From the IMG/VR virus record IMGVR_UViG_3300032103_000336, positions 1 through 50,814 of that record: 50,814 bases of DNA, one strand, 5' to 3'. The stretch's first letter is position 1; each line of letters begins with the position of its first letter. Below the pieces are notes generated by a model. It searched no databases and had not been told where the DNA came from. It was given only the letters and a program-made list of their open reading frames with translations. Of the stretch, positions 1 to 9,758 are shown piece after piece. Both the position numbers and the translations under genes were made by a program. The DNA comes from a virus (lineage: Duplodnaviria; Caudoviricetes).

Positions 1-55
1 AAACACAAGTGGATGGTATCTTCTTTTAAAAGAAGTTTCAAGATCTTTTCTTACA
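1..55. repeat. Left terminal inverted repeat (55 bp), containing the 16-bp perfect palindrome CTTCTTTTAAAAGAAG at 20-35
   Basis: Bases 1-55 are the exact reverse complement of 50759-50813. Confidence 0.95.
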
Positions 56-112
56 TTAAAGAGGAGATTCTTTCGATATAATAAAAATGGTTATTAAATT
101 TCAGAGGATTCA

Positions 113-262
113 ATGGACTGGGGACAAGTATTAGTTTTAGCAAGCGTTATTATAGCAATGATAACGTGGTTAGAGACCCGTTTCTCTAAGATAGATCAAC
201 ACTGGCGTGAAATGTTTATGTACATGGATAAACGCTGGTTAGATAGCCAGAATAAGAAATAA
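113..262 (+). CDS. Small single-TM/coiled-coil protein (49 aa), RHRED/W-x-x-L/M-F paralogue family; missing from the ORF track
   Basis: Translated by hand: MDWGQVLVLASVIIAMITWLETRFSKIDQHWREMFMYMDKRWLDSQNKK. GAGG RBS upstream. Shares HWRE(M/L)FMYM with 6150..6431 and MDWxQxL with 40402..40668. Confidence 0.8.
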   Translation: MDWGQVLVLASVIIAMITWLETRFSKIDQHWREMFMYMDKRWLDSQNKK

Positions 263-268
263 AGTAGT

Positions 269-460
269 ATGGATGATTCATATAAAACTTTAGTTTCTAT
301 CGCTTCAATATGTATAATATATCAGTTTGGCTGGCCTGCACTTAAATTTATTTCTAAAATTATTTTATTCGTTCCTTTGGCTTTGGGAAGGTTGCTATCT
401 GATTTACTTAGTTTAAACCTTTTGAAGGATATATTTGATATAATAATATGTATAATTTAA
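269..460 (+). CDS. Small hydrophobic hypothetical protein
   Basis: ORF follows 113..262 directly and is hydrophobic. Confidence 0.5.
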   Translation: MDDSYKTLVSIASICIIYQFGWPALKFISKIILFVPLALGRLLSDLLSLNLLKDIFDIIICII

Positions 461-948
461 TATCTTTTATTTTTTGCTATTATTTCAGCTTGAGCCTTAG
501 CCATACTTAAAGATTTATTACACCATTCTATGTTTCCTTTTATAAGTTCTGATGCTCGTTCTTTAGAACACGAGAAATCTGGCAATCCGAGAGTTAATAA
601 AGATTTTTCCCACTCTAATTCTTTTTTACTAAACTCCAATCCCCGAATAGTTTGATTATATTTCATTGTAAAATAAATATATTTTTCCATATGCATATCC
701 CACTTTTTGAAAAAAAAAATATCCACTTTTGTCCATATTGATAAAACTTCTCTGTTTTTGAAGCAATCTGCTAAAAAACTAAAAGTTCCAAATGGAATTA
801 TCTCAACTAATGATTTTAAATGTTCTAAACTATCCAGTCTTTCTTCAATTATTCTAATTTCTTTGTAAACTGAGGCGTTTGTGAAATTTTTGCAATTAAG
901 ATTCGGCTGTGAAAATACAAAAAATATAATAAAAAAATATTTTTTCAT
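457..948 (-). CDS. Hypothetical secreted protein (moron-like)
   Basis: Signal-peptide-like N-terminus MKKYFFIIFFVFS; very low GC; opposite orientation to its neighbours. Confidence 0.6.
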   Translation of the reverse strand: MKKYFFIIFFVFSQPNLNCKNFTNASVYKEIRIIEERLDSLEHLKSLVEIIPFGTFSFLADCFKNREVLSIWTKVDIFFFKKWDMHMEKYIYFTMKYNQTIRGLEFSKKELEWEKSLLTLGLPDFSCSKERASELIKGNIEWCNKSLSMAKAQAEIIAKNKRY

Positions 949-1160
949 ATGTATGTTTATATTTATTCAAACAATTCGGGGAAGCCAATAACAGGATATA
1001 AGATGTGTCTAGCAAAATAATCCAAGCTTCCCCTTAAGAAGTATAACTTATCAAATCTTCTAAAAAAAATCTATAAATTTAAAAAATAATTGTTGCATCG
1101 TTTCCAATTTTTGTTAATATGAACTTGTCTAGTAAATTTTAAAATAGCAGGTCATCGAAA

Positions 1161-1553
1161 ATGAAAAGTCAAAATAATCAACCAAAAACAAAAGTAATAT
1201 TATCAGGCTCAGAAGAAGCAGCTTTGCTTAAGACAATAAGCGATTGTACCAAGGCTTCAAAATCTCCCTTATACAATAACAGCAAGAAATATAGAAATTT
1301 TTTGAACCAAATTAAATTTATTTTAAATTACAAAACCAAAGAGCTTCTAGAAAAAGTAGGAGATGTTGACGTTTTGGTTGATGAAAACGGAAAAGTTTTA
1401 GCTGAATTTCTAGATTTAAAAAAAATAAGACAAGAACGGAAAAATCTCCAGAAAGAATCCATCGATAAAATTCTCAACGCCTCAGAATTGATACCTTACC
1501 GACTTTACCCTACTTTTATAAAAAAAGATTTTAAATTATCCGCTGTATCTTAA
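1161..1553 (+). CDS. Hypothetical protein resembling the C-terminal domain of the YqaJ protein
   Basis: LLEKVGDVDVLVDENGKVLAEF aligns with LLEKLQDAELLVTQEGKKLASW in 2246..3226. Confidence 0.55.
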   Translation: MKSQNNQPKTKVILSGSEEAALLKTISDCTKASKSPLYNNSKKYRNFLNQIKFILNYKTKELLEKVGDVDVLVDENGKVLAEFLDLKKIRQERKNLQKESIDKILNASELIPYRLYPTFIKKDFKLSAVS

Positions 1554-1576
1554 TTTCAGATTAGGAGTATAGAGCG

Positions 1577-1906
1577 ATGTTTGAAGCTTTAGAAGCTATA
1601 GGTGCGTCCGAACTTGTCTGCAATAGAGAGTTTTGGATTGGGGTTACGGGGTTGGTGCCATTGTTTTCGAGCAATTACGGATTGTTTAGACAAGCGTTAA
1701 AGTCTTACCGAGCGAAGAAGATGAATCAACTGAGCTGGGACTTGGCCATTACGTTTGTGGTGACGACGGTGTGCTGTTTAAGCCATGCGATTCTCATTAA
1801 AGCTTGGTATTTAGCGTTAAAAGATCTGATGGCGTTTAGTTTGGCGACAACGATTTTAGGTTTAAAGATTCTTTACGATGTGATCCGAAGAGAGCGTAAC
1901 GATTAG
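1577..1906 (+). CDS. SemiSWEET/PQ-loop-like 3-TM membrane protein
   Basis: Three hydrophobic helices; FRQALKSYRAKKMNQLSW resembles the PQxxKxxxxKxxxxLS motif; AGGAG RBS. Confidence 0.65.
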   Translation: MFEALEAIGASELVCNREFWIGVTGLVPLFSSNYGLFRQALKSYRAKKMNQLSWDLAITFVVTTVCCLSHAILIKAWYLALKDLMAFSLATTILGLKILYDVIRRERND

Positions 1907-1959
1907 GTCTGGAGCCTGATTTATGGTAGAATAGTAACTGTTAGAGAAGGAATATTACA

Positions 1960-2220
1960 ATGAGCATAAATTCACCCATTTTACAAGATACTAATACTAT
2001 GCCTTTTTCAGAAATCCGTCAAGCCTATTCCTTAGAGGCTTTTGGAAATGCTTTAAAAAACTTAAAAGAGCTACTGGGCGAACCATCTCCCTCAATGAAA
2101 GCGATTGAGACGCCTGAGCTGATTACGGACTTTGCGGACGAGCTGGAAGACGCTGAAGAGGAGAGATACGGCTCTTACGAGCAGCAAGTACGGGATTATT
2201 ACTGGTCAACACGATTATAA
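1960..2220 (+). CDS. Hypothetical acidic early protein
   Basis: ORF with an AAGGA RBS in the early operon. Confidence 0.6.
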   Translation: MSINSPILQDTNTMPFSEIRQAYSLEAFGNALKNLKELLGEPSPSMKAIETPELITDFADELEDAEEERYGSYEQQVRDYYWSTRL

Positions 2221-2245
2221 GGTTTGAAAGAAAGGAGAAATAAAC

Positions 2246-3226
2246 ATGTTAACAAAGGAACAAAAAGAGATTCGTAAAACTGGGATTGGCGGCAGCGATG
2301 TAGCGGGTATTGTAGGCCTGTCTAAATGGAAGACGCCTTTACAAGTTTACTTAAGCAAAACCAGCGACTTTGGCACAGAAGAAGAAACAAAAGCGATGAC
2401 TAGAGGAAACGTCCTTGAACCTTTTGTGCGGGGCTTATTCGCTAAACAGACGGGCTTTTCCGTTAAGGTGTGCCCTCACGTATTTAGGCACCCTCTCAAG
2501 CCTTTTATGCTGGGGAATCTTGACGGGCTGGTATCTTCTGAGCAAGCGGTTTTAGAGATCAAGACTTGTAACAGCGTCAGAAAAGGTGAATTTGGGGCCG
2601 AATACAGCGATGAAATACCGACAGACTACTTACTACAGGTTCAGCATTACCTGCTCGTGACGGGCTTAGAAAAGGGCTTTGTATCGGTGTTGTTTGGGGA
2701 CGAGGAAAGCTTTAAGGTCTTACAGACTTGCGTTAAGACCTTGGGCGTTCCCAAAAGCCTGAAATCCTTAAGAGACGATTTGAGTTTAAAGACTTTTTTT
2801 GTGAAGAAGAATGAAAACTTACAAAAGCAGCTTTTGAATTTGGAGGAAGATTTTTGGGTGAACCATGTCGAAAAGCGGATTGCGCCGCAATGGAAGACAA
2901 GAGAGGATATTTTACTGATGTTTCCGAATAGTTTCGGTGGAAAAAAAATTGTCGCTTCTTCAGATGAGGAAAAGTTAATTGAGACGATTAAACTTAAAAA
3001 GCAGCGTTTAAAAGAATTAGAAGAATCAATTTCTGAAGACGAAAATAAGCTTTTAGAAAAACTCCAGGATGCGGAGCTATTGGTCACGCAAGAAGGTAAG
3101 AAGTTAGCAAGCTGGAAAAGTCAGATTCGTAAACTGTTTGATAAAGCGGCTTTGGCTTTGGATTACCCTCAAATGATTTCTCAATATACAAAAGAAACAA
3201 GCAACAGAGTTTTAAGGATTAGTTAA
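2246..3226 (+). CDS. YqaJ-family (lambda-exonuclease-like) viral recombinase/nuclease
   Basis: Motifs RKTGIGGSD, RGNVLEP, NLDG, LEIKT and YLLQVQHY; lies upstream of recT. Confidence 0.92.
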   Translation: MLTKEQKEIRKTGIGGSDVAGIVGLSKWKTPLQVYLSKTSDFGTEEETKAMTRGNVLEPFVRGLFAKQTGFSVKVCPHVFRHPLKPFMLGNLDGLVSSEQAVLEIKTCNSVRKGEFGAEYSDEIPTDYLLQVQHYLLVTGLEKGFVSVLFGDEESFKVLQTCVKTLGVPKSLKSLRDDLSLKTFFVKKNENLQKQLLNLEEDFWVNHVEKRIAPQWKTREDILLMFPNSFGGKKIVASSDEEKLIETIKLKKQRLKELEESISEDENKLLEKLQDAELLVTQEGKKLASWKSQIRKLFDKAALALDYPQMISQYTKETSNRVLRIS

Positions 3227-3481
3227 ATGAAATTAAAAGATTTGCTAAAAAAATCAGTGGAAGAAAAAGATTTATTACTTTTCAACGATATATTCAAAAG
3301 ATTTGGGGTTAGGGAAACTTTTGAGGCTCTTCGGGGTTTAGGAATTTTTGGTTTTTCTGATTTTTTAGAAACACATATTAAAAATCCTCTTATTTTAAAA
3401 GAATTTTTAAAAATTTATAAGAAAAAAATAAAAGAATTTCTAAAGATACAGCGCAGAAAAAGAAGTTTTTGCTCGTTGTAA
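3227..3481 (+). CDS. Hypothetical protein
   Basis: ORF abuts the YqaJ stop codon. Confidence 0.55.
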   Translation: MKLKDLLKKSVEEKDLLLFNDIFKRFGVRETFEALRGLGIFGFSDFLETHIKNPLILKEFLKIYKKKIKEFLKIQRRKRSFCSL

Positions 3482-3519
3482 AAAACGAAACGTAACTAAA
3501 AAAAAGGAGAATAAAAAAC

Positions 3520-3831
3520 ATGATGATGGCGGATTTAAAAGAATTAACCTTAGAGAATCGTGACGATATAGCGGTTGTTTTAGATAGCTTCCCGTTAACA
3601 AAAGAAGAAGAACAGGATGTTCATATTTACAGTAACAAAATGTTTGAGCAGATTGAAAAAGAATTGTCCTTTACGATTCATGAAGCGGTAAAAGACGCGG
3701 CGATTGATCATGAGAAGAAGGCGATGCGTCGTCTTATTATCGAACGTATTTTTAATAAATACTTAGTGAAGGGTCATGCCACCTTAGAAGCAATGATGCA
3801 GTATCACGGAAGCGAAAGGAGTGTTAACTAA
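3520..3831 (+). CDS. Hypothetical protein
   Basis: AAGGAG RBS; stop overlaps the recT start. Confidence 0.65.
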   Translation: MMMADLKELTLENRDDIAVVLDSFPLTKEEEQDVHIYSNKMFEQIEKELSFTIHEAVKDAAIDHEKKAMRRLIIERIFNKYLVKGHATLEAMMQYHGSERSVN

Positions 3832-4664
3832 TGATTGAAACACAAGGACAAAGTCAAGAAAATAATGGTCAAAGATCTGTAAAGTCTGTAAACATTTTAG
3901 ATATTTTAAGTAGTGAAGGATTTAAAAAAGAGATGGGCAAGATTGTTCCTTTTTCAAATCGAACAGAACGGCTTGCGTCAATCGCTCGGTTTCAGGTTAA
4001 GCAGAATCCAACGTTGCAAAGGTGCCGCCCGTCAACAATCGCTCGCTCGGTTTATCGGGCTTGTGAGCTTGGCTTAAGTCTTGGGATGGGGGGCGAGGCT
4101 TACTTAATCCCCTATGGGGATGATTGCCAACTGGTGATTGGGTATAAAGGTCTTATAAATTTAGCGGCACGGACTGGATCTCTAAAACAGATTGACGCTG
4201 ATGTGGTGAGAGCGGACGATGAATTTGAGTATTACAAAACGGATCGGGTTCATTTTCTACACAGGCCTAATTTTAAGAAGCTCGATTCAGCGATTGAGTT
4301 AGTGTATGCCAGAGCAGAGCTTCGTGAAGGTGGTTTTACCGTGACAGTTATGCCCGTTTCTGAAATTAAAGAGATTGAGAGTGTTTCAAAGTCAAAAGCA
4401 ATATGGACTAAACATTGGAATGAAATGGCTAAAAAAACGGCAATCCGTCGCTTAATTAAGACATTACCTAATATGGGTTGGTTAGAAAAGTTTTTGGCTG
4501 AGGATATTGACGAAAAAGAGATTAATGAGAATTACAGCGCCGATGTAGAAAAACTTTCTAAATCGGATAGGATAGCGAATCTTTTAGGTGAAGAATCAAG
4601 AGCTCAAGCGGATAGTTGTCGCCCAGAGGTCAATGAAGAGGTGGTAAATCATGACGGACTATAA
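3831..4664 (+). CDS. recT: RecT-family ssDNA annealing protein
   Basis: Motifs GEAYLIPYG, QLVIGYKGLINLAARTG and WNEMAKKTAIRRLIKTLP. Confidence 0.93.
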   Translation: MIETQGQSQENNGQRSVKSVNILDILSSEGFKKEMGKIVPFSNRTERLASIARFQVKQNPTLQRCRPSTIARSVYRACELGLSLGMGGEAYLIPYGDDCQLVIGYKGLINLAARTGSLKQIDADVVRADDEFEYYKTDRVHFLHRPNFKKLDSAIELVYARAELREGGFTVTVMPVSEIKEIESVSKSKAIWTKHWNEMAKKTAIRRLIKTLPNMGWLEKFLAEDIDEKEINENYSADVEKLSKSDRIANLLGEESRAQADSCRPEVNEEVVNHDGL

Positions 4665-4830
4665 AAATGATTTAGAGAAAGCGAAGAAACAAAAAGAAAA
4701 AATTGTTGAGACAATAAATCAATTATCAGGGGAGCTTGCTGACATTTCTAACGAGATTAAGAATTTAGAGCGTGTGTTGAGATTTAAAGTGCAATCTGAA
4801 AAAAACATTAAGGTTCAAAAAGATGAATGA
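4651..4830 (+). CDS. Small coiled-coil protein (59 aa); missing from the ORF track
   Basis: Translated by hand: MTDYKNDLEKAKKQKEKIVETINQLSGELADISNEIKNLERVLRF...; overlaps both flanking genes in operon style. Confidence 0.6.
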   Translation: MTDYKNDLEKAKKQKEKIVETINQLSGELADISNEIKNLERVLRFKVQSEKNIKVQKDE

Positions 4831-5041
4831 AATTTTGAATTTCCTAAAAACAATTGTAAATCCAGAAAAGGAGTTAAGGGAATTTTTAGAAAAAAACATT
4901 ATTTTTTATTCCAAAGAAAATGAAGGCGAGAATTTATTTATAAATGAAATATATTTTGTTAACGACAAAGGGGAATTCACAGAATTTTTTGATAAAAGAA
5001 TTTTTGTTGATATAGGTTATTACCCTCCAAAAAAAGAATAA
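4823..5041 (+). CDS. Hypothetical protein
   Basis: ORF in the early operon. Confidence 0.55.
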   Translation: MNEILNFLKTIVNPEKELREFLEKNIIFYSKENEGENLFINEIYFVNDKGEFTEFFDKRIFVDIGYYPPKKE

Positions 5042-5058
5042 ATAGGGAAATTATAAAT

Positions 5059-5265
5059 ATGAAAATTAAGGAATTACTTAAAAAAATAGAGAACTTAGAT
5101 CCAGAAATGAGTATTTATATTAGGCAACCAATTGAAGTTGATAATCGGGGGAATATAGAATATTTTTTAAGTGAAGTAATCGGCACAATTGTTCAAAAAT
5201 ATTGTAATTGCGCAAAAAAATGCGACCATGAACAAGATTTTTTAATAAAACTAAAAGAAGATTAA
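5059..5265 (+). CDS. Small hypothetical phage protein
   Basis: N-terminus MKIKELLKKIENLDPEM is a common small phage protein pattern. Confidence 0.6.
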   Translation: MKIKELLKKIENLDPEMSIYIRQPIEVDNRGNIEYFLSEVIGTIVQKYCNCAKKCDHEQDFLIKLKED

Positions 5266-5440
5266 CGTTCTTTCCCCCGACAAGCAGTGAAAAGAACCAA
5301 ATTAACAATAACTTAAATAAGAGAAAATTACAAATGGAAGACTTAATCTTATTTGTCGAAGAAAATTTTTTTAAAACGGTGTATTTTACTTGCGCTCTTT
5401 TAGTTTTTTGTTGGTTTTTAGAAAAAAAGGAAAATTAAAA

Positions 5441-5953
5441 ATGGAAGAAATTAAATTAATAGGCCAAACAACTTTTGAACGCCCCCTTATCACCCCAATG
5501 AGCACAATCAAACCCAATAATAATCTTAAAGGCCCTTGGGCTAATGAACCTGATATTTACCTTTTTAGTTATCGAGATCGGACAAGCCTAATAAGACGCT
5601 TTATGCCTTTAGGTTATTTATGTGGATATGTTCATTTGAAAAAGGAAGAAGAATTAAAAGATATAAAATATTTTGAAGATAATATAGAGGTTCATGGAGG
5701 TATAACTTTTATGGATTATATTCTAAACAATAATCGTTTTTCTGAAGAAACGAGAGGGCCTATTGAAAGATTAGTGCCTGATTGTACCAATAAATGGATT
5801 GGGTTTGATTGTGGTCATTGGGGTGATTTTGCTCCTTTTCATCCTATTATTCCTATTGAGGTGTTCCGATTGGAACAAGATGTATACAGAGATTTAGATT
5901 TTTGTATAGAGGAAACAAAAAGAGTGATTGATCAATTAGAAACAAAGGAATAA
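5441..5953 (+). CDS. Conserved phage protein of unknown function (GYV...EVHGG.TF...GFDCxH family)
   Basis: Motifs GYLCGYV, EVHGGITF and WIGFDCGHWGD. Start moved to ATG 5441 (AAGGA upstream). Confidence 0.75.
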   Translation: MEEIKLIGQTTFERPLITPMSTIKPNNNLKGPWANEPDIYLFSYRDRTSLIRRFMPLGYLCGYVHLKKEEELKDIKYFEDNIEVHGGITFMDYILNNNRFSEETRGPIERLVPDCTNKWIGFDCGHWGDFAPFHPIIPIEVFRLEQDVYRDLDFCIEETKRVIDQLETKE

Positions 5954-5955
5954 AA

Positions 5956-6153
5956 ATGTGGATTAATATTTTTATACTTTTGATAACAGCCGTTATAACC
6001 TTGTTGATTTTTTATAAATTACTCTATTTTCATAGAGAAACATTCCGTATGATGAAATGTTTGTGTGAGGTTTTAAAAAAGATGAATAACAACTTTTTAA
6101 TATTGTCGGAAGATGTTGAATCAATACTAAAAATAATAAAGGAAAAAAAATGA
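5956..6153 (+). CDS. Small single-TM protein
   Basis: Hydrophobic N-terminal helix; ATGA overlap with the next gene. Confidence 0.6.
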   Translation: MWINIFILLITAVITLLIFYKLLYFHRETFRMMKCLCEVLKKMNNNFLILSEDVESILKIIKEKK

Positions 6154-6431
6154 TAGAATCAGATGTTATTAAGAACTTACCGACGATTTTAAGCATTATA
6201 GGGCCTATTTTAGCGGCTGTTTTATATATTGATAAACGGCATCGAGAGGATTTAAAGGCTCATAAAGAAGACACGCAAAGCATGGAAAACCGCCATCGGG
6301 AAGATATACAAGAGATGAGCTCCCATTGGCGAGAGTTATTTATGTATATGAATAATCAGATGCGAAGAAGGCCTGTTAAGCGAATTCGTACTCCTGAGAA
6401 ACCAGAAGAGTATTTTGGAGATAAAAAATGA
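6150..6431 (+). CDS. Single-TM/coiled-coil protein, RHRED paralogue family
   Basis: TM segment followed by RHREDL...RHREDI...HWRELFMYM. Confidence 0.75.
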   Translation: MIESDVIKNLPTILSIIGPILAAVLYIDKRHREDLKAHKEDTQSMENRHREDIQEMSSHWRELFMYMNNQMRRRPVKRIRTPEKPEEYFGDKK

Positions 6432-6724
6432 TTAAAATAGAATTTGACGACACAAAATTTGAATTTGAAAGTATTGAAGATGCTTTGCAACCTGTTTTTG
6501 TGACTTCCTCTGATTTGCCCGTCGGTCTGGAGACTTCCCTCGATTTGGTTCAGGTTGACGAAAACAACCGAGTTCAAAAACAATGGAAAATTAATACTAA
6601 ACTTGATCAAGCTTTTGCGTATTTGCTTTGCAAAAAAGCAAGCGAAAAAGGATACAGGTATTTTGCAAGAGACAACCCCGATGATCCTGAAAGCGATGGA
6701 ACAGCGATGCGTCTTGTTCCCTAA
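6428..6724 (+). CDS. Hypothetical protein
   Basis: ATGA overlap with the upstream gene; GGAG RBS. Confidence 0.6.
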   Translation: MIKIEFDDTKFEFESIEDALQPVFVTSSDLPVGLETSLDLVQVDENNRVQKQWKINTKLDQAFAYLLCKKASEKGYRYFARDNPDDPESDGTAMRLVP

Positions 6725-6937
6725 TTTTTCCCTTGATTCGATTTCTCTATTTTTTTGTGTTATAATTATTATGTCAGTTATTAATAGTTAGAAACAGAAG
6801 GGTATCCTCATAAAGTTTATTTTTCCTCTTGCAAATAGTCATTATTTAGCGTTGACGAAAGCCGTTGGCAGTGGTTTTCGTATATCAAAAAGGAAGGGGC
6901 GATTCTTAAGGATCCCTTTATTAGGGAGAATCATGTC

Positions 6938-7699
6938 ATGGATGAAGAAGATTACAAGAATATAAAACTAACCTTAATCATTTGCGGGTTAGTTATTTTT
7001 GCCACGATAACAACAGTAATAGGTTTTAAATTTCTTGCGCCAGAAGTAAAGAGTTGCGAATTATCAAAACAATCTTCCCCCTCCCGTTTTTATTCAAAGT
7101 ATTATTTAGGGGGTCTAAAGGGTAAAAGTAGCCAGGAGGTTATAAAAAGTCGTTCAGATTTAAAATGGCGTCCTGACGGCACGGAAAATGGTTTTAAAGG
7201 GGGTGCGAGCGTTGGCTTCGCCCATGACTTTCAAAAAATTCCCGTTTGGGTCGGGGGAGAGACAACCTTCTTTTTAGAGAATTCTGAGCTTAATAAAACA
7301 GTTGAGAATCAAGAAATCGTAGCTAATAAGCGGATCATACCCGGCTATGGCTTCGGTGTTTCAGCCCTTTTAGGAGTTTCTCTTAAGGGAATAAAACCTT
7401 ATGTGAGGGTCGGTCAAGAATGGGTGAACACGTCGTTTGAAGTTTATGCAGCAAACGAACAGACAGAAGAGCTCTTAAGGTTGAACCATGCATCTAAAAA
7501 TTTAAGCCGAACCACTCTTTTTGTTCCCGCTTACGTTTGGGGTATAGGGTTTTCCGCTCCTTTAAGTTCTCACTATTCCCTAGGAGTTGAACTGAGCCAA
7601 AGCGTTTCAAAAAAAACGAATGCCTTTAAAGAATTACCTTTATCGCCTATTCAAATCAAAAAAACCAGCGTCATGGTTTTTGTCAAAAAATCTTTTTAA
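6938..7699 (+). CDS. Outer-membrane beta-barrel protein (OmpA/opacity-like 8-stranded class)
   Basis: Hydrophobic leader; alternating beta-strand patterns (GASVGF, GFGVSALLG, PYVRVG, YVWGIGF, YSLGVE); C-terminal Phe. Confidence 0.7.
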   Translation: MDEEDYKNIKLTLIICGLVIFATITTVIGFKFLAPEVKSCELSKQSSPSRFYSKYYLGGLKGKSSQEVIKSRSDLKWRPDGTENGFKGGASVGFAHDFQKIPVWVGGETTFFLENSELNKTVENQEIVANKRIIPGYGFGVSALLGVSLKGIKPYVRVGQEWVNTSFEVYAANEQTEELLRLNHASKNLSRTTLFVPAYVWGIGFSAPLSSHYSLGVELSQSVSKKTNAFKELPLSPIQIKKTSVMVFVKKSF

Positions 7700-7714
7700 T
7701 GAAGGATAGTTATC

Positions 7715-9010
7715 ATGAACAAGCCCAGTTATTATTGTTATTGGCTTTCTTTATTACTTTTATTTGGATCAAAGGTCTCTTACACCTCTGATCAATTGAT
7801 AGCGCTTCAATCTGATTCTCAGAATTCTGGAAAATCGGTTGAGTATAAGATGGTTGGGAGAGGCTCCTTTGATGTATCATTGTCCTTAAAACAAAAAAAC
7901 GCTTTGGAAGACTCGTTAATCCTGATTGATCAATCAAAAAAAAACGTTGCGGTTATTTCCTCTTCTTGGCAGAAAATTAAAAAAACGAGTAATCAAGAGA
8001 TATCCTCAAAAGAATCTTTGTCTGTTTCTAAAAGCTCGAAAACGGAAAGCTTTCTGCACAATCCTTTTTTTTTCAACGAATCGTTAAATATAAAAAAAAC
8101 TAAGAAAGACTTAAAGCCTGAGATTGCTTTTACTCAAAGTATTTTTATCCCGAACAACAAAGAATTAGAATCGGAATATAGTGAACCTTCACACTCTTCA
8201 ATCATTGAAGAAATGTTAGAAAAAAAAGAATCGGTTTTCCGAGAATCACACTTACTAAAGAGCACTTTGAATAAAGCTTTTTTGTTAAGTTCTAATCAGA
8301 ACTTAATATTCTCAAACGCAAACGTTAGACTACCGCTTAAGGAAGAAAGGAGTCTGAATTCCACCTCAAAAGAACAGCCTCTTGAAAATAGGGAATCGGA
8401 TTCCGTAAATTTAAATTTACAAGATTCCTCTTCTCTTAAAAATTCTATTCCCCAGCATCTCTCAATAATTGAAACGCAGGAGCGGCTTGAACAAGTTGTC
8501 GCAAAATCCGCAAAAACTCAACAATCGGAAATTAACAAACGAAAATCCACAGAACAAGAAGAGCTAGAAAAGATAGAGGAAAGAGAGCGTATTTTTATGC
8601 ATTTCTTCGGAGGGCCTTCCTTTGAACAAGCGGATTTAAAAGCGACTGAGCCAATCAGGGAACCTGTGGTTCTCTCTCCTCAACAAAGTATTTTTAAAAG
8701 ACAAGTGAGATGTCCATGTATTGTGGATTATATTAAACTCAAGCCAGGTTATAGTCCTGCTAAACTGAAGATTAAACGCTTAATTGTTAACCCAACGTCT
8801 AAAAAAATTGGGGGCGTTCCCTCTTCTCCAGAAAAGATTAAAAAGGAAAAGAGCTTCATTCAAAGAAGTTCTACTGAAAGATTTCAAAGAAAGGAGGGAG
8901 AACACCCTTTTATTTCTCTTTTGACCTCGAAGAAAGTTCGTTCAATAGCTCCGAAACCTTTCCGAATTCATAGAAAAACGTTTGCCGAGATTTTAAAAGG
9001 AGAGAAATAG
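7715..9010 (+). CDS. Hypothetical exported S/K/E-rich, probably disordered protein
   Basis: Hydrophobic N-terminal stretch WLSLLLLFG; low-complexity body. Confidence 0.6.
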   Translation: MNKPSYYCYWLSLLLLFGSKVSYTSDQLIALQSDSQNSGKSVEYKMVGRGSFDVSLSLKQKNALEDSLILIDQSKKNVAVISSSWQKIKKTSNQEISSKESLSVSKSSKTESFLHNPFFFNESLNIKKTKKDLKPEIAFTQSIFIPNNKELESEYSEPSHSSIIEEMLEKKESVFRESHLLKSTLNKAFLLSSNQNLIFSNANVRLPLKEERSLNSTSKEQPLENRESDSVNLNLQDSSSLKNSIPQHLSIIETQERLEQVVAKSAKTQQSEINKRKSTEQEELEKIEERERIFMHFFGGPSFEQADLKATEPIREPVVLSPQQSIFKRQVRCPCIVDYIKLKPGYSPAKLKIKRLIVNPTSKKIGGVPSSPEKIKKEKSFIQRSSTERFQRKEGEHPFISLLTSKKVRSIAPKPFRIHRKTFAEILKGEK

Positions 9011-9015
9011 AAAAA

Positions 9016-9270
9016 ATGAGAAAAAGACAAAATCTAAAATATCTATTGTTTTTTATATTTTATTCGTTAAAAGAAAAATTAAAAAAAATAAGGAATAAAG
9101 TAAAATCAGGGTTAACTGTTGAAGAAATTATTAGTTTATTTTTTATCTGTATGTTCTCTTTTTTTTTGGTTCTTACAGTAGTCATCGGCGGAAGATTGCT
9201 TTATTTAAAATTGAATCATATTTCTCCTAATAAATTAATTAAGGGGGGTTTTGGAAAATGGCAAGCTTAA
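9016..9270 (+). CDS. Small membrane protein
   Basis: Basic N-terminus followed by a TM helix. Confidence 0.55.
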   Translation: MRKRQNLKYLLFFIFYSLKEKLKKIRNKVKSGLTVEEIISLFFICMFSFFLVLTVVIGGRLLYLKLNHISPNKLIKGGFGKWQA

Positions 9271-9743
9271 ACAAAGTAATTTTAATTGGTCATTTGGGTA
9301 AGGATCCTGAAATTCGCTTTACCCAAGAGGGGTTAAAGGTTGCAAGCTTTTCTGTTGCCACAAGTGAATCTTGGAAAGATAAAGAAACGGGAGAAAAAAA
9401 AGATAAAACAGAATGGCATCGCATTGTTGTCATGAATGAAAGATTGTCCGATATTGCCGAAAAATACATGAAAAAGGGATCAAAAGTTTATGTTGAAGGG
9501 CAGCTTCAAACCCGAAAATGGACTGACACTTCAGGGCAAGAACATTATACAACCGAAATTCTTTTATCCCGTTTCAAAGGGTCAATAATTTTATTGAGTA
9601 CTAAAGAAAGTGTAGATGAAAAATCTGAAAAAGAAACCGAGACTTTTACAGAAACAACATCATTAAAATCCCCTTATAATCCTTTTGAAAAAGAATCATC
9701 TCCAGAACAGGATTACACTATAGACGATGACATACCTTTTTAA
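9258..9743 (+). CDS. ssb: Single-stranded DNA-binding protein
   Basis: [34 protein letters not shown] and a C-terminal DDDIPF; alphaproteobacterial-like. Confidence 0.97.
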   Translation: MASLNKVILIGHLGKDPEIRFTQEGLKVASFSVATSESWKDKETGEKKDKTEWHRIVVMNERLSDIAEKYMKKGSKVYVEGQLQTRKWTDTSGQEHYTTEILLSRFKGSIILLSTKESVDEKSEKETETFTETTSLKSPYNPFEKESSPEQDYTIDDDIPF

Positions 9744-9758
9744 AAAAAAGGCCTAACA

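Noticed and set aside
1-55. Protelomerase hairpin end or IS/transposon end
   Set aside because: The end is not a self-palindrome centred on the terminus, and no protelomerase or transposase ORF was recognised.
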